A stretch of 64,000 nt of DNA from Dendrobates tinctorius (lineage: Eukaryota). Below, piece by piece: positions 11,951-25,139 of this stretch (position 1 is the first letter of the stretch; every line of letters starts with the position of its first letter). Under the pieces are notes generated by a model. It saw only the letters and a list, made by a program, of their open reading frames with translations, made no database searches and had not been told where the DNA came from. Where the stretch lies: contig NW_027361726.1 in NCBI RefSeq assembly GCF_039654945.1, forward strand, positions 5,704,001 to 5,768,000, written 5' to 3'. The position numbers and the translations under genes are program-made.

Positions 11951-11954
11951 TTAG

Positions 11955-13385
11955 CACCGGTCCCTGTTGTAAACTAGTTAACCCCTTGTAATCGATTGCA
12001 GTGGGGGACCTAACTGAATGGCGGAGAGGTATGTATATTTTTGTTTTTTTATTTTATTTTTTTGCAGGACAATGCGTGATTCTCTTGAATTAGCAGAATA
12101 ATAAATTTGGTCAAAAACTTTGTGTGATTATTTCATTAAAAGAATTATTAATTAATGTGTGTGTCTTTTTAACCCTTTACTACTATAGGATTAATAATTA
12201 ACCAGGCTTAATGTCACCTTCCAATAACAAGGTGACATTAACCCATTATTAACCCATGAGCCACCGCTAAAGGCAATGGGAATAGAGAGGTTATGCTAAG
12301 TGCCAGAAAAGGCACATCTTAAAGAATGATCTCTCTCTAGGCTACTAAAATCTGCCCTCACTCACTGGCTTTCCCTCTCTGGCGGAGAAAATACCGTGGG
12401 AGCCCACACAATTTTTTTCAACATTTACCCATTAATTTAACACCTACATGTCCAAAATTTTACACACATACACTAATATAATTATTAGTCAAAGACATAT
12501 AAAAGAAATAAGTGAAAACCATGTGTCATTTCATGTCGGGTTTCGTATTGATTTTACAGAAGTCGGCAATTGATTTAGCGGCTATTCTGCTATGTAGAAC
12601 TCTATGAAATATAAATATATATATATGTGTCTCAATGACGTGTGTGTGTATATATATATATATACTGTGTATATGTATATATATATATATATATGTATTC
12701 TATGTGTCTATATCTATTCTTTCGTTTGTGCTTTAACCTGTCATAGGGCTCCATTATATGTCAATTTTGCAAGCCAGCGAGAAAATCTCGGCATACGGAT
12801 GCCATACGGATGTCATATGGATGCTTAGGCTGGTTTCACATTAGTGTTTCTTTTTGCACAGCGCATCGTGCACATCCATGCGAATGCGTCATGCGTACCT
12901 ACTGTATGTTTAGCATGGCGTGCGCATGGTCTTGCGTTTGCACACATTTGTATGCGTTTTCGTGACCATGCGTTTTTTCGTGCGCCTAGGCGCGCCAGAC
13001 GCAACCTGTTGCATTTTTGGTTCCACCGAAAGGCGTCAAAAAACGCTTGCGCACGGAATGTGACAAAATAATGCATTACAGTCTATGGGAATGCAGGAGT
13101 GCGCATGGACATGCGTTTGTCTGCGTTTTCGGCGTAAACATGTGTAGACACTGGTTTTAACCCCTTGAGAACGAATGCGCATAAAAAACGCAAACGCATG
13201 ATGCGTTTTTTGCGTTTCTATTGTGCACTATGCGCTGCGCAAAAAACCGCTAATGTGAAATTAGCCTTAGATGCGAGAACATTACAATCGGATGACATAC
13301 AGATCATTGTTTAGGGAACATTTCTGCATATTACGTCCCTAAAAAACGGACCGTATTTGTATGCGTTGTGTCTGACTCCAGCCTT
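11955..13385. mobile_element. One arm of a long foldback Harbinger-type non-autonomous element (similar to 17880-20231) with a nested MITE
   Basis: Shares blocks such as accaggcttaatgtc, cactggctttccctctctggc and gaagtcggcaattga with 18100-18570. Confidence 0.55.
12828..13266. mobile_element. PIF/Harbinger-type MITE
   Basis: TIRs ggctggtttcacattag / ctaatgtgaaattagcc; TTA on both sides. Confidence 0.8.
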
Positions 13386-14045
13386 AGTTTTGTTTACTGT
13401 AAGTGGTATGTGTATTTTGATATATCCCCATCTCATGTACAGCACCATGGAATTAATGGTGCTATATAATAATAACGCCTCGTTAAGTAGGAGAACATTA
13501 GGGGATGTATTATTACTAACACAGACAGCTATTTTGTGACATAGAGTTTAGCTTTATAACTTTACGGTATAATCTGGGGTTGCAGGTTTAGGATTAGTCT
13601 GGATTATTGCTGCTTTTACTGCGCGAGGACTTCAGCCCTAGATACAGTGAGCTCGACCATCCCTCCTTTCCTCATAAACATCAGCCTCTTCCTGCTCGTA
13701 CAGAGCTGTCCCCTCCGCGTTATATCCTGAGGGTTTTCCCTTGCGCTCACCCTGTGGCCCTCCACCATGACTCTGTGGTCTCTGATCTCAGGGGCCCTCC
13801 TGCTGTTGCTGGGCCTGGCTGCGGTCTTCTTCCTACTTTACTGCGCTTACATCCAGTACATCCACATGAAGTACGACCACATCCCCGGACCCCCCAGAGA
13901 CAGGTGAGGGCACAATCTTTCCTGTACATCCTGTAAAAGGGAATAACCTAGGGCTCTTTCTTCTCCCTTACTTTGTAGTGTAGGGACCCACCACTGAGCA
14001 CAAGATCGGGGTCGAAGTGAGCATGTGCGACCACTGCTCCTTTTA

Positions 14046-14361
14046 GGCTGTGTTCACACACAGCGTTTTTTAGCGGTTTTTACCGTGGTTTTCACTATAA
14101 AACCGCTAAAAATAAGCTTCCCAGTCATTTCTATGCATTTTGCACTTTTTGTGCACATTGATGCGTTTTTTACCGCGAAAAAACCGCAGCATGCTAATTT
14201 TGCGGATTTTTCCGCCGTTTTGGCTTCTTCCATGCGGTTTGAAACCGCTGCGGAAAAAAACGCATCAAAAACGCAAAAAACGCCGCAGAAAAATAGGTGC
14301 GGTGTCTGGGAAGGGATTCAGGTTTTTAAGCAGAAATTTTCTGCAACGTGTGTACTTAGCC
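14046..14361. mobile_element. PIF/Harbinger-type MITE (CYP intron 1); same family as 62292-62643
   Basis: ggctgtgttcacac...gtgtgtacttagcc; TTA flanks. Confidence 0.8.
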
Positions 14362-14649
14362 TTAATGTCTAAAAGATTGGGAGGTCGCTCACTACCTCTT
14401 TATCCACACTCTTTATATGAATTTTTTTTTCATTTTTTTGCAGTTTTTTTCTGGGTAGTTTACCCACTTTGATGAGATCAATGAAGGATGATAACTTGGT
14501 GCATGAGCTGTTTCTGCGTTGGTGAGTCCTGTCCTATTGTGAATGACATATTAACACTTTATCACTTTGATAGTTTGCTACAATGTGTCAGTGCAGGCAA
14601 AATGTATCAGGTTGTTTTGCTGGGGACGGTGTAGAATCGAGGAATATAA

Positions 14650-14970
14650 GGCCATGTGCACACGGTGTGGATTCTGCTGCAGATCCGCAGCGTTTCAGGC
14701 TCTGCGGGTCCGCAGCAGATTTAGCTGCGTTGTACAGTAGCTTTGTTTTCAATGGTAAACTGAAAAACGCAGTGCACATGCTGTGGATTTTTCCGCGCGG
14801 ATTTGCTGCGGGTTCAAATCCGCAGCATGTCAATTCTTTGTGCGGATTCCGCTGTGGTTTCACACCTCATCCATTATGAGGTGTGAAACCGCAGATAAAC
14901 CGCAGGACTTTTGTCCTGCGGATTTTTCAACAAAATCCGCACAACCTAAAAACTACGTGTGCACTTACCC
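14650..14970. mobile_element. PIF/Harbinger-type MITE (CYP intron 2)
   Basis: ggccatgtgcacacg...cgtgtgcacttaccc; TAA/TTA flanks; ccgcag/ctgcgg subrepeats. Confidence 0.75.
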
Positions 14971-15377
14971 TTAGAGGTTGGTCTGTACAGATTATTACTC
15001 TCTGGATAAAAACACTACTTTTTCTGTTCACTACCAGGAAGCAGAGATCTTGTAAATGCCAGCACAGATTATGTTCCAAAGTTAAAAAAAGTTTTATTCT
15101 ACAATGCTTAACCCCATCCTGACACCATGTGAAGTCAGAAGTAGTTGCATGGAGCGGGTGCATTAGCTGAAGCTGCGATTGGCGCTATCTGCAATCACAA
15201 CGGTTTAACTCCCTAGATGCTGTCAGTAATAGGGAACACGGCTGAGCGAGCAGTCAGGGCAGGGAGATCGATTACAGGACCCACTTGTCAAGTAGAAAAA
15301 AATACTGAAAAATAATAATTTATATAATTTGGTTGGTTCCCCCAAAATGGTACTAAAAAGAAATGCAGCTCCCCTTA

Positions 15378-15590
15378 GGCTGTGTTCCCTCGTGGCGTTT
15401 CTTAAGCATTTCCGCAGCGTTTTCCCGCAGCGGAAATGCTTAAAAAAGCATCCCATGCAATCCTATGGGATTCCGCAGTTGCTGTGCCCATGCTGCGGAA
15501 TCACATAGCGGTAAAATCCGCAGCATGTTCACTATCTCTGCGGAATCCCAGCGATTCCACCACCATAGGATTGCATTGAAACGCTTAGTT
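15378..15590. mobile_element. Truncated MITE, left part of the family complete at 52360-53243
   Basis: tta-ggctgtgttccc start; shares atcccatgca.tcctatgggattccgcagttgctgtgcc with 52430-52475. Confidence 0.65.
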
Positions 15591-15826
15591 TCCCCCCTCC
15601 ATAAACTAATGTGCTACAAACAGGAAATTGATATCAACAACCATTCCCATTTTATTTAGGTGTATCCATATAAATGGCCCACCCTGTATAATATATTATA
15701 TATATATAAACTGTATAAACTGTAAAGCACTGCGGAATATGTTGGCGCTATATAAATAAAGATTATTATTACATATATGTCATTGACATATATATAATAT
15801 ATATTTTTATATTGCATAGAGATATA

Positions 15827-17047
15827 CACTCACTGGCCACTTTATTAGGTACACCTGTCCAACTGTGTGTTAAGACTTAATTTCTAATCAGCCAATCACA
15901 TGGCGGCAACTCAGTGCATTTAGGCATGTAGACATGGTCAAGACAATCTCCTGCAGTTCAAACCGAGCATCAGTATGGGGAAGAAAGGTGATTTGAGTGC
16001 CTTTGAACGTGGCATGATTGTTGGTGCCAGAAGGGCTGGTCTGAGAATTTCAGAAACTGCTGATCTACTGGGATTTTCACGCACAACCATCTCTAGGGTT
16101 TACAGAGAATGGTCCGAAAAAGAAAAAAAATCCAGTGAGCGGCAGTTCTGTGGCCGGAAATGCCATGTTGATGCCAGAGGTCAGAGGAGAATGGGCAGAC
16201 TGGTTCGAGCTGATAGAAAGGCAACAGTGACTCAAATTGCCACCCGTTACAACCAAGGTAGGCAGAAGAGCATCTCTGAACGCACAGTGCGTCGAACTTT
16301 GAGGCAGATGGGCTACAGCAGCAGAAGACCACACTGGGTACCACTCCTCTCAGCTAAGAACAGGAAACTGAGGCTACAATTTGCACAAGCTCATCGAAAT
16401 TGGACAGTAGAAGATTGGAAAAACGTTGCCTGGTCTGATGAGTCTCGATTTCTGCTGCGACATTCGGATGGTAGGGTCAGAATTTGGCGTAAACAACATG
16501 AAAGCATGGATCCATCCTGCCTTGTATCAACGGTTCAGGCTGGTGGTGGTGGTGTCATGGTGTGGGGAATTTTTTCTGGGCACTCTTTGGGCCCCTTGGT
16601 ACCAATTGAGCATCGTTGCAATGCCACAGCCTACCTGAGTATTGTTGCTGACCATGTCCATCCCTTTATGACCACAATGTACCCAACATCTGATGGCTAC
16701 TTTCAGCAGGATAATGCGCCATGTCATAAAGCTCGAATCATCTCAGATTGGTTTCTTGAACATGACAATGAGTTTACTGTACTCAAATGGCCTCCTCAGT
16801 CACCAGATCTCAATCCAATAGAGCATCTTTGGGATGTGGTGGAACGGGAGATTCGCATCAGGGATGTGCAGCCGACAAATCTGCGCCAACTGTGTGATGC
16901 CATCATGTCAATATGGTCCAAAATCTCTGAGGAATGCTTCCAGCACCTTGTTGAATCTCTGCCACGAAGAATTGAGGCAGTTCTGAAGGCAAAAGGGGGT
17001 CCAACCCCTTACTAGCATGGTGTACCTAATAAAGTGGCCAGTGAGTG
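15827..17047 (+). mobile_element. Full-length Tc1/mariner transposon, DD36E (Incomer-type), 1221 bp
   Basis: Perfect 29-bp TIRs cactcactggccactttattaggtacacc; TA duplication at 15825-26 and 17048-49; single uninterrupted ORF. Confidence 0.95.
15975..17015 (+). CDS. DD36E transposase, 346 aa
   Basis: HTH-like N-terminus, [26 protein letters not shown]; 36 residues between the second D and the E. Confidence 0.93.
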   Translation: MGKKGDLSAFERGMIVGARRAGLRISETADLLGFSRTTISRVYREWSEKEKKSSERQFCGRKCHVDARGQRRMGRLVRADRKATVTQIATRYNQGRQKSISERTVRRTLRQMGYSSRRPHWVPLLSAKNRKLRLQFAQAHRNWTVEDWKNVAWSDESRFLLRHSDGRVRIWRKQHESMDPSCLVSTVQAGGGGVMVWGIFSGHSLGPLVPIEHRCNATAYLSIVADHVHPFMTTMYPTSDGYFQQDNAPCHKARIISDWFLEHDNEFTVLKWPPQSPDLNPIEHLWDVVEREIRIRDVQPTNLRQLCDAIMSIWSKISEECFQHLVESLPRRIEAVLKAKGGPTPY

Positions 17048-17049
17048 TA

Positions 17050-20000
17050 GATAGAATAGCCGTTAATTCATTTGTTGGCTTCTGTAAAATCATTACAGAA
17101 GCTGAAAGGATAGGAGACATGGTTTACATACAGTAAACCATTGCAGAACAATTAGATTTATATATGTCAGTGACTAATACTGTTAGCAGTATATGTGTGT
17201 AAAATTTGGGACCTGTATGTATTTAATAAAAGAATGTATTCACGGGAAAAAATTGCATGGGCTCCTGCGCAATTTTCTCAGCCAGAGAGGGAAAGCCAGT
17301 GAATGAGGGCAAATATTAATAGCATAGAGAGGGACCATGGTTATTGCCCCCTCCAGCTAAAAACATCTGCCCCTAGCCACCCCAAAAAAGGTGCAATTCT
17401 GGCACTTAGCCTCTCTCTTCCCATTGCCCTGTAGTGGGTGACATATGGGTAATAAAGGGTTTATGTCACCTTGCTATTCTAAGGTGACATTAAGCCTGGT
17501 TAATAATAGAGAGGTGTCAATAAGACTCCTATCCATTATTAATCCACTAGTCTGAAAGGGTTAAAAAAAACCCACAGACATTAAGAATAAAGACTTTTAA
17601 TGAAAAAATTAAACACACATTTTTGCCATCTTTATTAAACTCCCAATCCAATCAAAGCCCTTGTTCTGTAAGAAATCCAAAATAAAAAAGCAACAATATC
17701 CCAAACCTATCCGCCATACAGTCATGTCAAATGCTGCAATCCATCTCAAGGGGTTAAATAGTTTACAACTGGGAGCGGTGCTAATGACATCAGCGGTAGT
17801 CACTGAGGCTGTGCTGACTCCCTGCCTGACCCGCAGTGAACTGACAGTGTGGGAAAATGTTCAGAAATGGATTGCAGTGTGGGACATGACTATGGCGGAC
17901 AGGTATGGTATATTGTTGCTTTATTATTTTGGATTTTTTACAGGAACACAAGGGCTTTGATTGGATTGGGAGGTTAATAAAGATGGCAAAAATGCGTGTT
18001 AAATTATTTCATGAAAAGTCTTTATTCTTATTGTCTGTTTTTTTTAACCCTTTCAGACTAGAGGATTAGTAATGGATAGGTGTCTTATTGACACCTCTCC
18101 ATTATTAACCAGGCTTAATGTCTTCTTACAATAGCAAGGTGACAAAATAACCCCTTATTACCCCATATGCCACCCACTACATGGCAATCGGAAGAGAGAG
18201 GCTAAGTGCCGGAATTGGTGCATCTTAGAGATGCGCCTTTTATGGGGTGGCTGGGGGCAGATGTTTTTAGCCGGGGGGGGCGCAATAACCATGGTCCCTC
18301 TCTAGGCTATTTGCCCTCAGTCACTGGCTTTCCCTCTCTGGCAGAGAAAATTGCACGGCGCGGAAGCCCATGCAATTTTTTTCCGTGATTTAATGCTTTA
18401 ATTTAACACATACAGTTCCAAAATTTTACATACACACACTAATAACATTAGCAGTCAGGGACATATATAAATCGAAATGATATGCAATGGTTTACTGTAT
18501 GTAAACTATGTGTCATAACCTGTCGGCTTTGCAATCTTTTTACAGAAGCCGACAATTGAATTATCGGCTATTCTACTATCTACATCTCTGTCAAATGTAA
18601 AGATATGTATATATGTGTGTGTCACTGACATATATATACAGTGGGGCAAAAAAGTATTTAGTCAGTCAGCAATAGTGCAAGTTCCACCACTTAAAAAGAT
18701 GAGAGGTGTCTGTAATTTACATCATAGGTAGACCTCAACTATGGGAGACAAACTGAGAAAAAAAAATCCAGAAAATCACAATGTCTGTTTTTTTTTCATT
18801 TTATTTGCATATTATGATGGAAAATAAGTATTTGGTCAGAAACAAAATTTCATCTCAATACTTTGTGATATATCCTTTGTTGGCAATGACAGAGGTCAAA
18901 CGTTTTCTGTAAGTCTTCACAAGGTTGCCACACACTGTTGTTGGTATGTTGGCCCATTCCTCCATGCAGATCTCCTCTAGAGCAGTGATGTTTTTGGCTT
19001 TTCGCTTGGCAACACGGCAACAGTTCCAGTTTGGTTTCATCAGACCATAGGACATTCTCCCAAAACTCCTCTGGATCATCCAAATGCTCTCTAGCAAACT
19101 TCAGACGGGCCCGGACATGTACAGGCTTAAGCAGTGGGTCACGTCTGGCACTGCAGGATCTGAGTCCATGGTGGCGTAGTGTGTTACTTATGGTAGGCCT
19201 TGTTACATTGGTCCCAGCTCTCTGCAGTTCATTCACTAGGTCCCCCCGCGTGGTTCTGGGATTTTTGCTCACCGTTCTTGTGATCATTCTGACCCCACGG
19301 GGTGGGATTTTGCGTGGAGCACCAGATCGAGGGAGATTATCAGTGGTCTTGTATGTCTTCCATTTTCTAATTATTGCTCCCACAGTTGATTTCTTCACTC
19401 CAAGCTGGTTGGCTATTGCAGATTCAGTCTTCCCAGCCTGGTGCAGGGCTACAATTTTGTTTCTGGTGTCCTTTGACAGCTCTTTGGTCTTCACCATAGT
19501 GGAGTTTGGAGTCAGAGTGTTTGAGGGTGTGCACAGGTGTCTTTTTATACTGATAACAAGTTTAAACAGGTGCCATTACTACAGGTAATGAGTGGAGGAA
19601 AGAGGAGACTCTTAAAGAAGAAGTTACAGGTCTGTGAGAGCCAGAAATTTTGTTTGCTTGTTTCTGACCAAATACTTATTTTCCACCATAATATGCAAAT
19701 AAAATGAAAAAAAAAAACAGACAATGTGATTTTCTGGATTTTTTTTTCTCAGTTTGTCTCCCATAGTTGAGGTCTACCTATGATGTAAATTACAGACGCC
19801 TCTCATCTTTTTAAGTGGTGGAACTTGCACTATTGCTGACTTACTAAATACTTTTTTGCCCCACTGTATATATGCACACACCTATTCTATGTGTATACAT
19901 GTATTCTATCTTTTCTATTTTAACCTGTCAGTGTGATTTTACTGTATAGCCGCATATGAATTGCCAGCTTTTCAAAGGACATTGGTGCATAAAAATCGCA

Positions 20001-20231
20001 CAGCACTTGCATGGTGCGAGTGCCGTGCAATTTTTTATCGCACCAATTGACTTCTATTGGGGGATGCGATCCGTTTTGCGATTTATTTTTTTCCAGCCTA
20101 AACTTGATCCGATCCGAGCTGGAAAAAAAACGCAGCTGAAGACACCATCATAGATTAACATTGGTACAAATTCAATCCGATTTGTTATCGGATTGAATTT
20201 GTCCAATTTCATCGCAGGTGAGCATGAGCCC
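17050..20231. mobile_element. Long foldback non-autonomous DNA element (arms about 17050-17730 and 17880-18590, continuing 19867-20231) hosting two Tc1 insertions
   Basis: 17581-17728 is the imperfect reverse complement of 17883-18030, and complementarity extends outward. Harbinger-like right terminus ...gagcatgagccc-TAA at 20231. Confidence 0.65.
18639..19866 (-). mobile_element. Internally deleted long-TIR Tc1-like transposon
   Basis: About 200-bp TIRs starting cagtggggcaaaaaagtattta; TA duplication; [19 protein letters not shown]...WSDETKLEL joined out of frame to the C-terminal RVAKRKAKN...NKGYITKY; second D and E deleted. Confidence 0.92.
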
Positions 20232-21794
20232 TAATTGTGATAACGTATAGAATAAAATTATACGTCAGTTAGATGCCATAAAAAAAAATAAGCCCCCCAA
20301 TACAGCTATGTGATTGCGGACTGTTCTGGGAATGTTTAAGCCCTGCCCACAAACCCGGCCCCTGAGGAGCATCGGAAAATCCAACAGAGATGGCAATTCT
20401 GAGTGTCAGTAGAAATATAGGTTATATGTCCACTAAGTTGTTAAGCCAATTAATGGGTTATCATTCTACTTACTTGCCAGGGCTCAGAGTTATGGTCCTG
20501 TCGTCCGGATTAATGCCTTGCACAATGTGATGATTCTTCTGACAAGTCCTAGTGGAGTAAAGGTACTGGACGAACAATGATGAGTCAATAAAGGGGTTGT
20601 CCAAGATTAAAAAGACAAAACATGTCAGCCTCCCTTCATGAACAGCGCCACCCCTGTCCATGGGTTGCATCGCAGATCAGTTTTATTAATATGACTGAGT
20701 TGTAATACCCAACACAGCCAGTATACAAGGGTGGTGCTGTTTTTGGAAGAGATCAGCCATGTTGATCTAATCCTGGATGTAAAAACATTTATTTTTTTTT
20801 TTTATTATAATGTTACGCAGGAAATTCTCATGTCACCAAAATACACAAAGGACAGCACCTATCAGCGGGTGTTCAGCCTCTTTGGTGTAAGGTTGGTGAG
20901 TTATTGCATTCTACGGGCTATGGATGGCGCCATCTTGTGGTGAAGCTCCTTTGTGAAACTTCAGCTTTGCTTTATCCCTTTTCTCTCCAGGTTTCTGGGG
21001 TCCGGATTGCTGACTGATCGCGACTACGACCATTGGCACAAGCAGAGGAGAATCATGGATCCCGCTTTCAGCAGAACGAAGGTTAACAGGATTCTCAGGG
21101 AAACAGGCAGTCCAATGTAAACAAGAGGACTGTTTGTCAGAGGCTGTATGTGATGAATCTGGTGTCGGACGTTTCTGGATTATCAGGCAATGTGGTGTAA
21201 CCATGCAGGATAACTAGACGCGATATGGAGGGAAACATACGGGGGGGCACAGTACCATCAAACTTGGCCATATTGATGAGACTCGGCCATATTGATGGCG
21301 TTGATCTTCCCTGGATGCATTATAGTCGCCTTCCATCTCCTCAATCTTCAGATACTTGATGGGACTAATGGGGACCTTTAATGAGAAGGTGGACGAGCTG
21401 ATGGAGAGATTGTCGGAAAAGGCGGACGGCAAATGTGAGATCTCCATCCACGAGGTGATGAGCAAAGTGACGCTGGACGTCATCGCAAAGGTAAATCCAG
21501 ATGGGTATCGCATGGGCCAAACAGTGAGAGGGAACCAGGCCGATGCTGGTACTACTGGGGTGCCATACTGAGGAGGATCCATTGGTTGGGGAGTCCCCGG
21601 GGGCTTAATGTCGGGGTCATAGCCCGGGTATAACCAGTCTTATGAACTGCAGGTGGCATTTGGGATGGACCTGAAATCTCTGTGAGACGATCAGACGCCG
21701 TTTCCACGAGCGATCTCACTGATCATGCAGGGGGTGGCAGCGACACGAAACCCACTGGTGCAGGTAGGTAGCAGCAGGAACTATGATACCCATC

Positions 21795-22215
21795 GTAATA
21801 CCGCCTGCCAGTATATCTAATCCTATCATGTGATATTTTCTACTGATCAATGTATCTAATCCTATCCTGTGATACTGACTGCTGAGCCGTGTATCTAATC
21901 CTGTCACGTGTAATACCGCCTGCCAGTGTATCTTATCCTGTCACGTGTGATACCGCCTGCCAGTGTATCTAATCCTGTCACGTGATACCGCCTGCCAGTG
22001 TATCTAATCAAATCACATGTGATACTGTCTGATGGCCTGTGTATCTAATCCTAATGATCTATGTATCCAATCCCATCATGTTTGATACAACTGTCTGATG
22101 GACTGTGTATCTAATCCTAATTATCTATCTAATCCCATCTTCTTTGATACGTTCTGCTGATCAGTGTATCTGATGACCTGGAGTATCTACGGTAAGCCTA
22201 TCATGTGTGATACAA
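21795..22215. repeat. Degenerate 37-39 bp minisatellite (CYP intron 7)
   Basis: Repeats of tgtatctaatcctgtcacgtg(tg)ataccgcctgccag. Confidence 0.75.
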
Positions 22216-22769
22216 TCCTTGAAGATGATTGGTGTGTTCACTATTCAGTACACCCCGGGGAGACGAGCTTTCATCAGAGGGGTGCGGGAGAGCGTGAGAC
22301 TGCTCCGCCAAACATGGAAGGATTGTATCGAGAGGAGACGGAAAGCGATACAAGATGGAGACGACATCCCTGTGGATATACTGTCACAGATACTTACAGG
22401 ATCAGGTACAGCACCGCAGGAAGAAGTCGGGGGCAGGAGTGCCTGATATGGGAAAAGGACAAAGGGTATAGGATAAGGGTGGTGTCTTCTCAATCTTTAC
22501 AGCTGTAGAAGATTCATATGACCTGGAAAGTTTGTTGGATAATTTTGTGACTTTCTTCATAGCAGGTCGTATAAAGCCATTTCTGCAGGCATCAAATATT
22601 CATTGCTATTACCTGAACTCTGCGCAACAACATCCTATACTATACTTCTAGGCCAAGAGAACACAGCAAACCAGCTGGCTTTTGCTGTAATGGAGCTAGC
22701 ACGGTATCCAGGTGTACTGAAAAAGTGAGGCCAAATGTCCACAAAGTCCTGCGTATCCAGTGCTATTCT

Positions 22770-23745
22770 ATCCTCCGGCGCTGCACTCACTATTCTGCTG
22801 GTGCAGTCACTGTGTACATACATTACATTACTGATCCTGAGTTACATCCTGTATTATACCCCAGAGCTGCACTGCCTATTCTGCTGGTGCAGTCACTATG
22901 TACATACATTACATTACTGATCCTCAGTTACATCCTGTATTATCCTCCGGCGCTGCACTCACTATTCTGCTGGTGCAGTCACTGTGTACATACATTACAT
23001 TACTGATCCTGAGTTATATCCTGTATTATACCCCAGAGCTGCACTCACTATTCTGCTGGTGCAGTCACTGTGTACATACATTACATTACTGATCCTGAGT
23101 TATATCCTGTATTATACCTCAGAGCTGCACTCACTATTCTGCTGGTGCAGTCACTGTGTACATACATTACATTACTGATCCTGAGTTACATCCTGTATTA
23201 TACTCCAGCGCTGCACTGCCTATTCTGCTGGTGCAGTCACTATGTACATACATTACATTACTGATCCTGAGTTACATCCTGTATTATACTCCAGCGCTGC
23301 ACTGCCTATTCTGCTGGTGCAGTCACTGTGTACATACATTACATTACTGATCCTGAGTTACATCCTGTATTATTGTCCAGAGCTGCACTCACTATTCTGC
23401 TGGTGCAGTCACTGTGTACATACATTACATTACTGATCCTGAGTTGCATCCTGTATTATACTCCAGAGCTGCATTCACTATTCTGCTGGTGCAGTCACTG
23501 TGTACATACATTACTGATCCTGAGTTACATCCTGTATTATACACCAGAGCTGCACTCACTATACTGCTGGTACAGTCACTGTGTACATACATTACATTAC
23601 TGATCCTGAGTTACATCCTGTATTATACTCCAGCGCTGCACTGCCTATTCTGCTGGTGCAGTCACTGTGTACATACATTACATTACTGATCCTGAGTTAC
23701 ATCCTGTATTATGCTCCAGAGCTGCACTCACTATTCTGCTGCAGT
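22770..23745. repeat. 86-bp tandem repeat, about 11 copies (CYP intron 10)
   Basis: Unit ..gctgcactcactattctgctggtgcagtcactgtgtacatacattacattactgatcctgagttacatcctgtattata..; ORF starts recur every 86 nt. Confidence 0.95.
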
Positions 23746-24522
23746 GACATAATGATATAATTTCCTTTCTTATATCTTATAATTAGGGTTCTCAGTGAAA
23801 TAGACGACGTGTTCGGATCACATAGGGACATTAGATATGACGACCTCAACAAGCTGCAGTACCTGTCCCAGGTCAGTGTGAATTGCGGCTTCTATCGAAT
23901 TAATCATTTCTATTTCTAACCTCTTTCTAATTTTGTCATAGGTTCTTAAAGAGACCCTCCGGTTATATCCCACGGCCCCGGGAACGTCACGTCTTCTGGA
24001 TAAAGAATTAGTGACTGAGGGGCTCCGCATCCCACCTAATGTCTCCTTAGTGGTAAGCGGGCAAACTACTTAACCCATTCTCCTGCCACACATCCAGGTA
24101 CACTGGGGGTTATCTTCTGGAACAACAGTATTAGATGATTTTCCGATTGCAGAATTTCATGGCCCCCAAACAGCGGCTGGAAAATAATGCCCTCCGGCCT
24201 CCCACGTGTAATGTTTGTAATGTTGCACATGGTAGGAGAGCCTAGGTGTAGGGGTCCTGTGCGACTTCTACCTCCACATCCCCTGATACATGATATGATA
24301 GAATACTAACTGGCGTTCCCTTCTTTCTGGTGTCATCCGCTCCACAGTTTAATTCCTATGTCTATGGGAGAATGGAGCAGCATTTTAAGGATCCTCTCAG
24401 CTTTGACCCAGATCGATTTGCTCCCGAATCTGAGAGGTGAGTGCACCCTACATACACATGCTTGACATGTCCTCATTATCCCCGAGTACAGGGGTCTCCA
24501 ACTACAACCCCCCAGCATATAA

Positions 24523-24675
<153 letters not shown>

Positions 24676-25139
24676 TGACTGTCTCCCACTGCGGCACAGT
24701 AGTCGGCTGGTCACAGTCAGGGATTGCTGGGAAGAGAAGGCTAAAGAAGTTTTTTTTCTTCTAATAGATGGAAGAAAAAGTTGTGATAGCGAAACTTTTG
24801 CAAAGATTTGAATTCCAGCTGACCGACGGGCAAAGCTTCGACATCGTAGACAGTGGGACCCTGAGGCCAAAAGATGGAGTAATGTGCCGGCTGTGGCCAC
24901 GAAGTACCAAGAATTAAGTGAACCCTGTACTTTCACACAACTCAACCTTTAATAGTGTGATAAAGAGACCATGGCATTAATCATGGAGTCTGCCTTCTTT
25001 TTTGTCAAGTGTAATCTATAGCTAGCAGGTAGGATGGATAGCAGGAAGTGGGGGCGGCGTGTAGTGCACCAATATGAAGCAAGGGTGGGGTTTGGAACAT
25101 CTGCAGGAAGTGGGGCTGGAGCTTAATGTGCCACTTTGA

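Noticed and set aside
21683-21685. TGA as selenocysteine or programmed readthrough in the P450
   Set aside because: Not a Cys-homologous position, no SECIS recognised in the 3' region, and an independent splice lesion points to inactivation.
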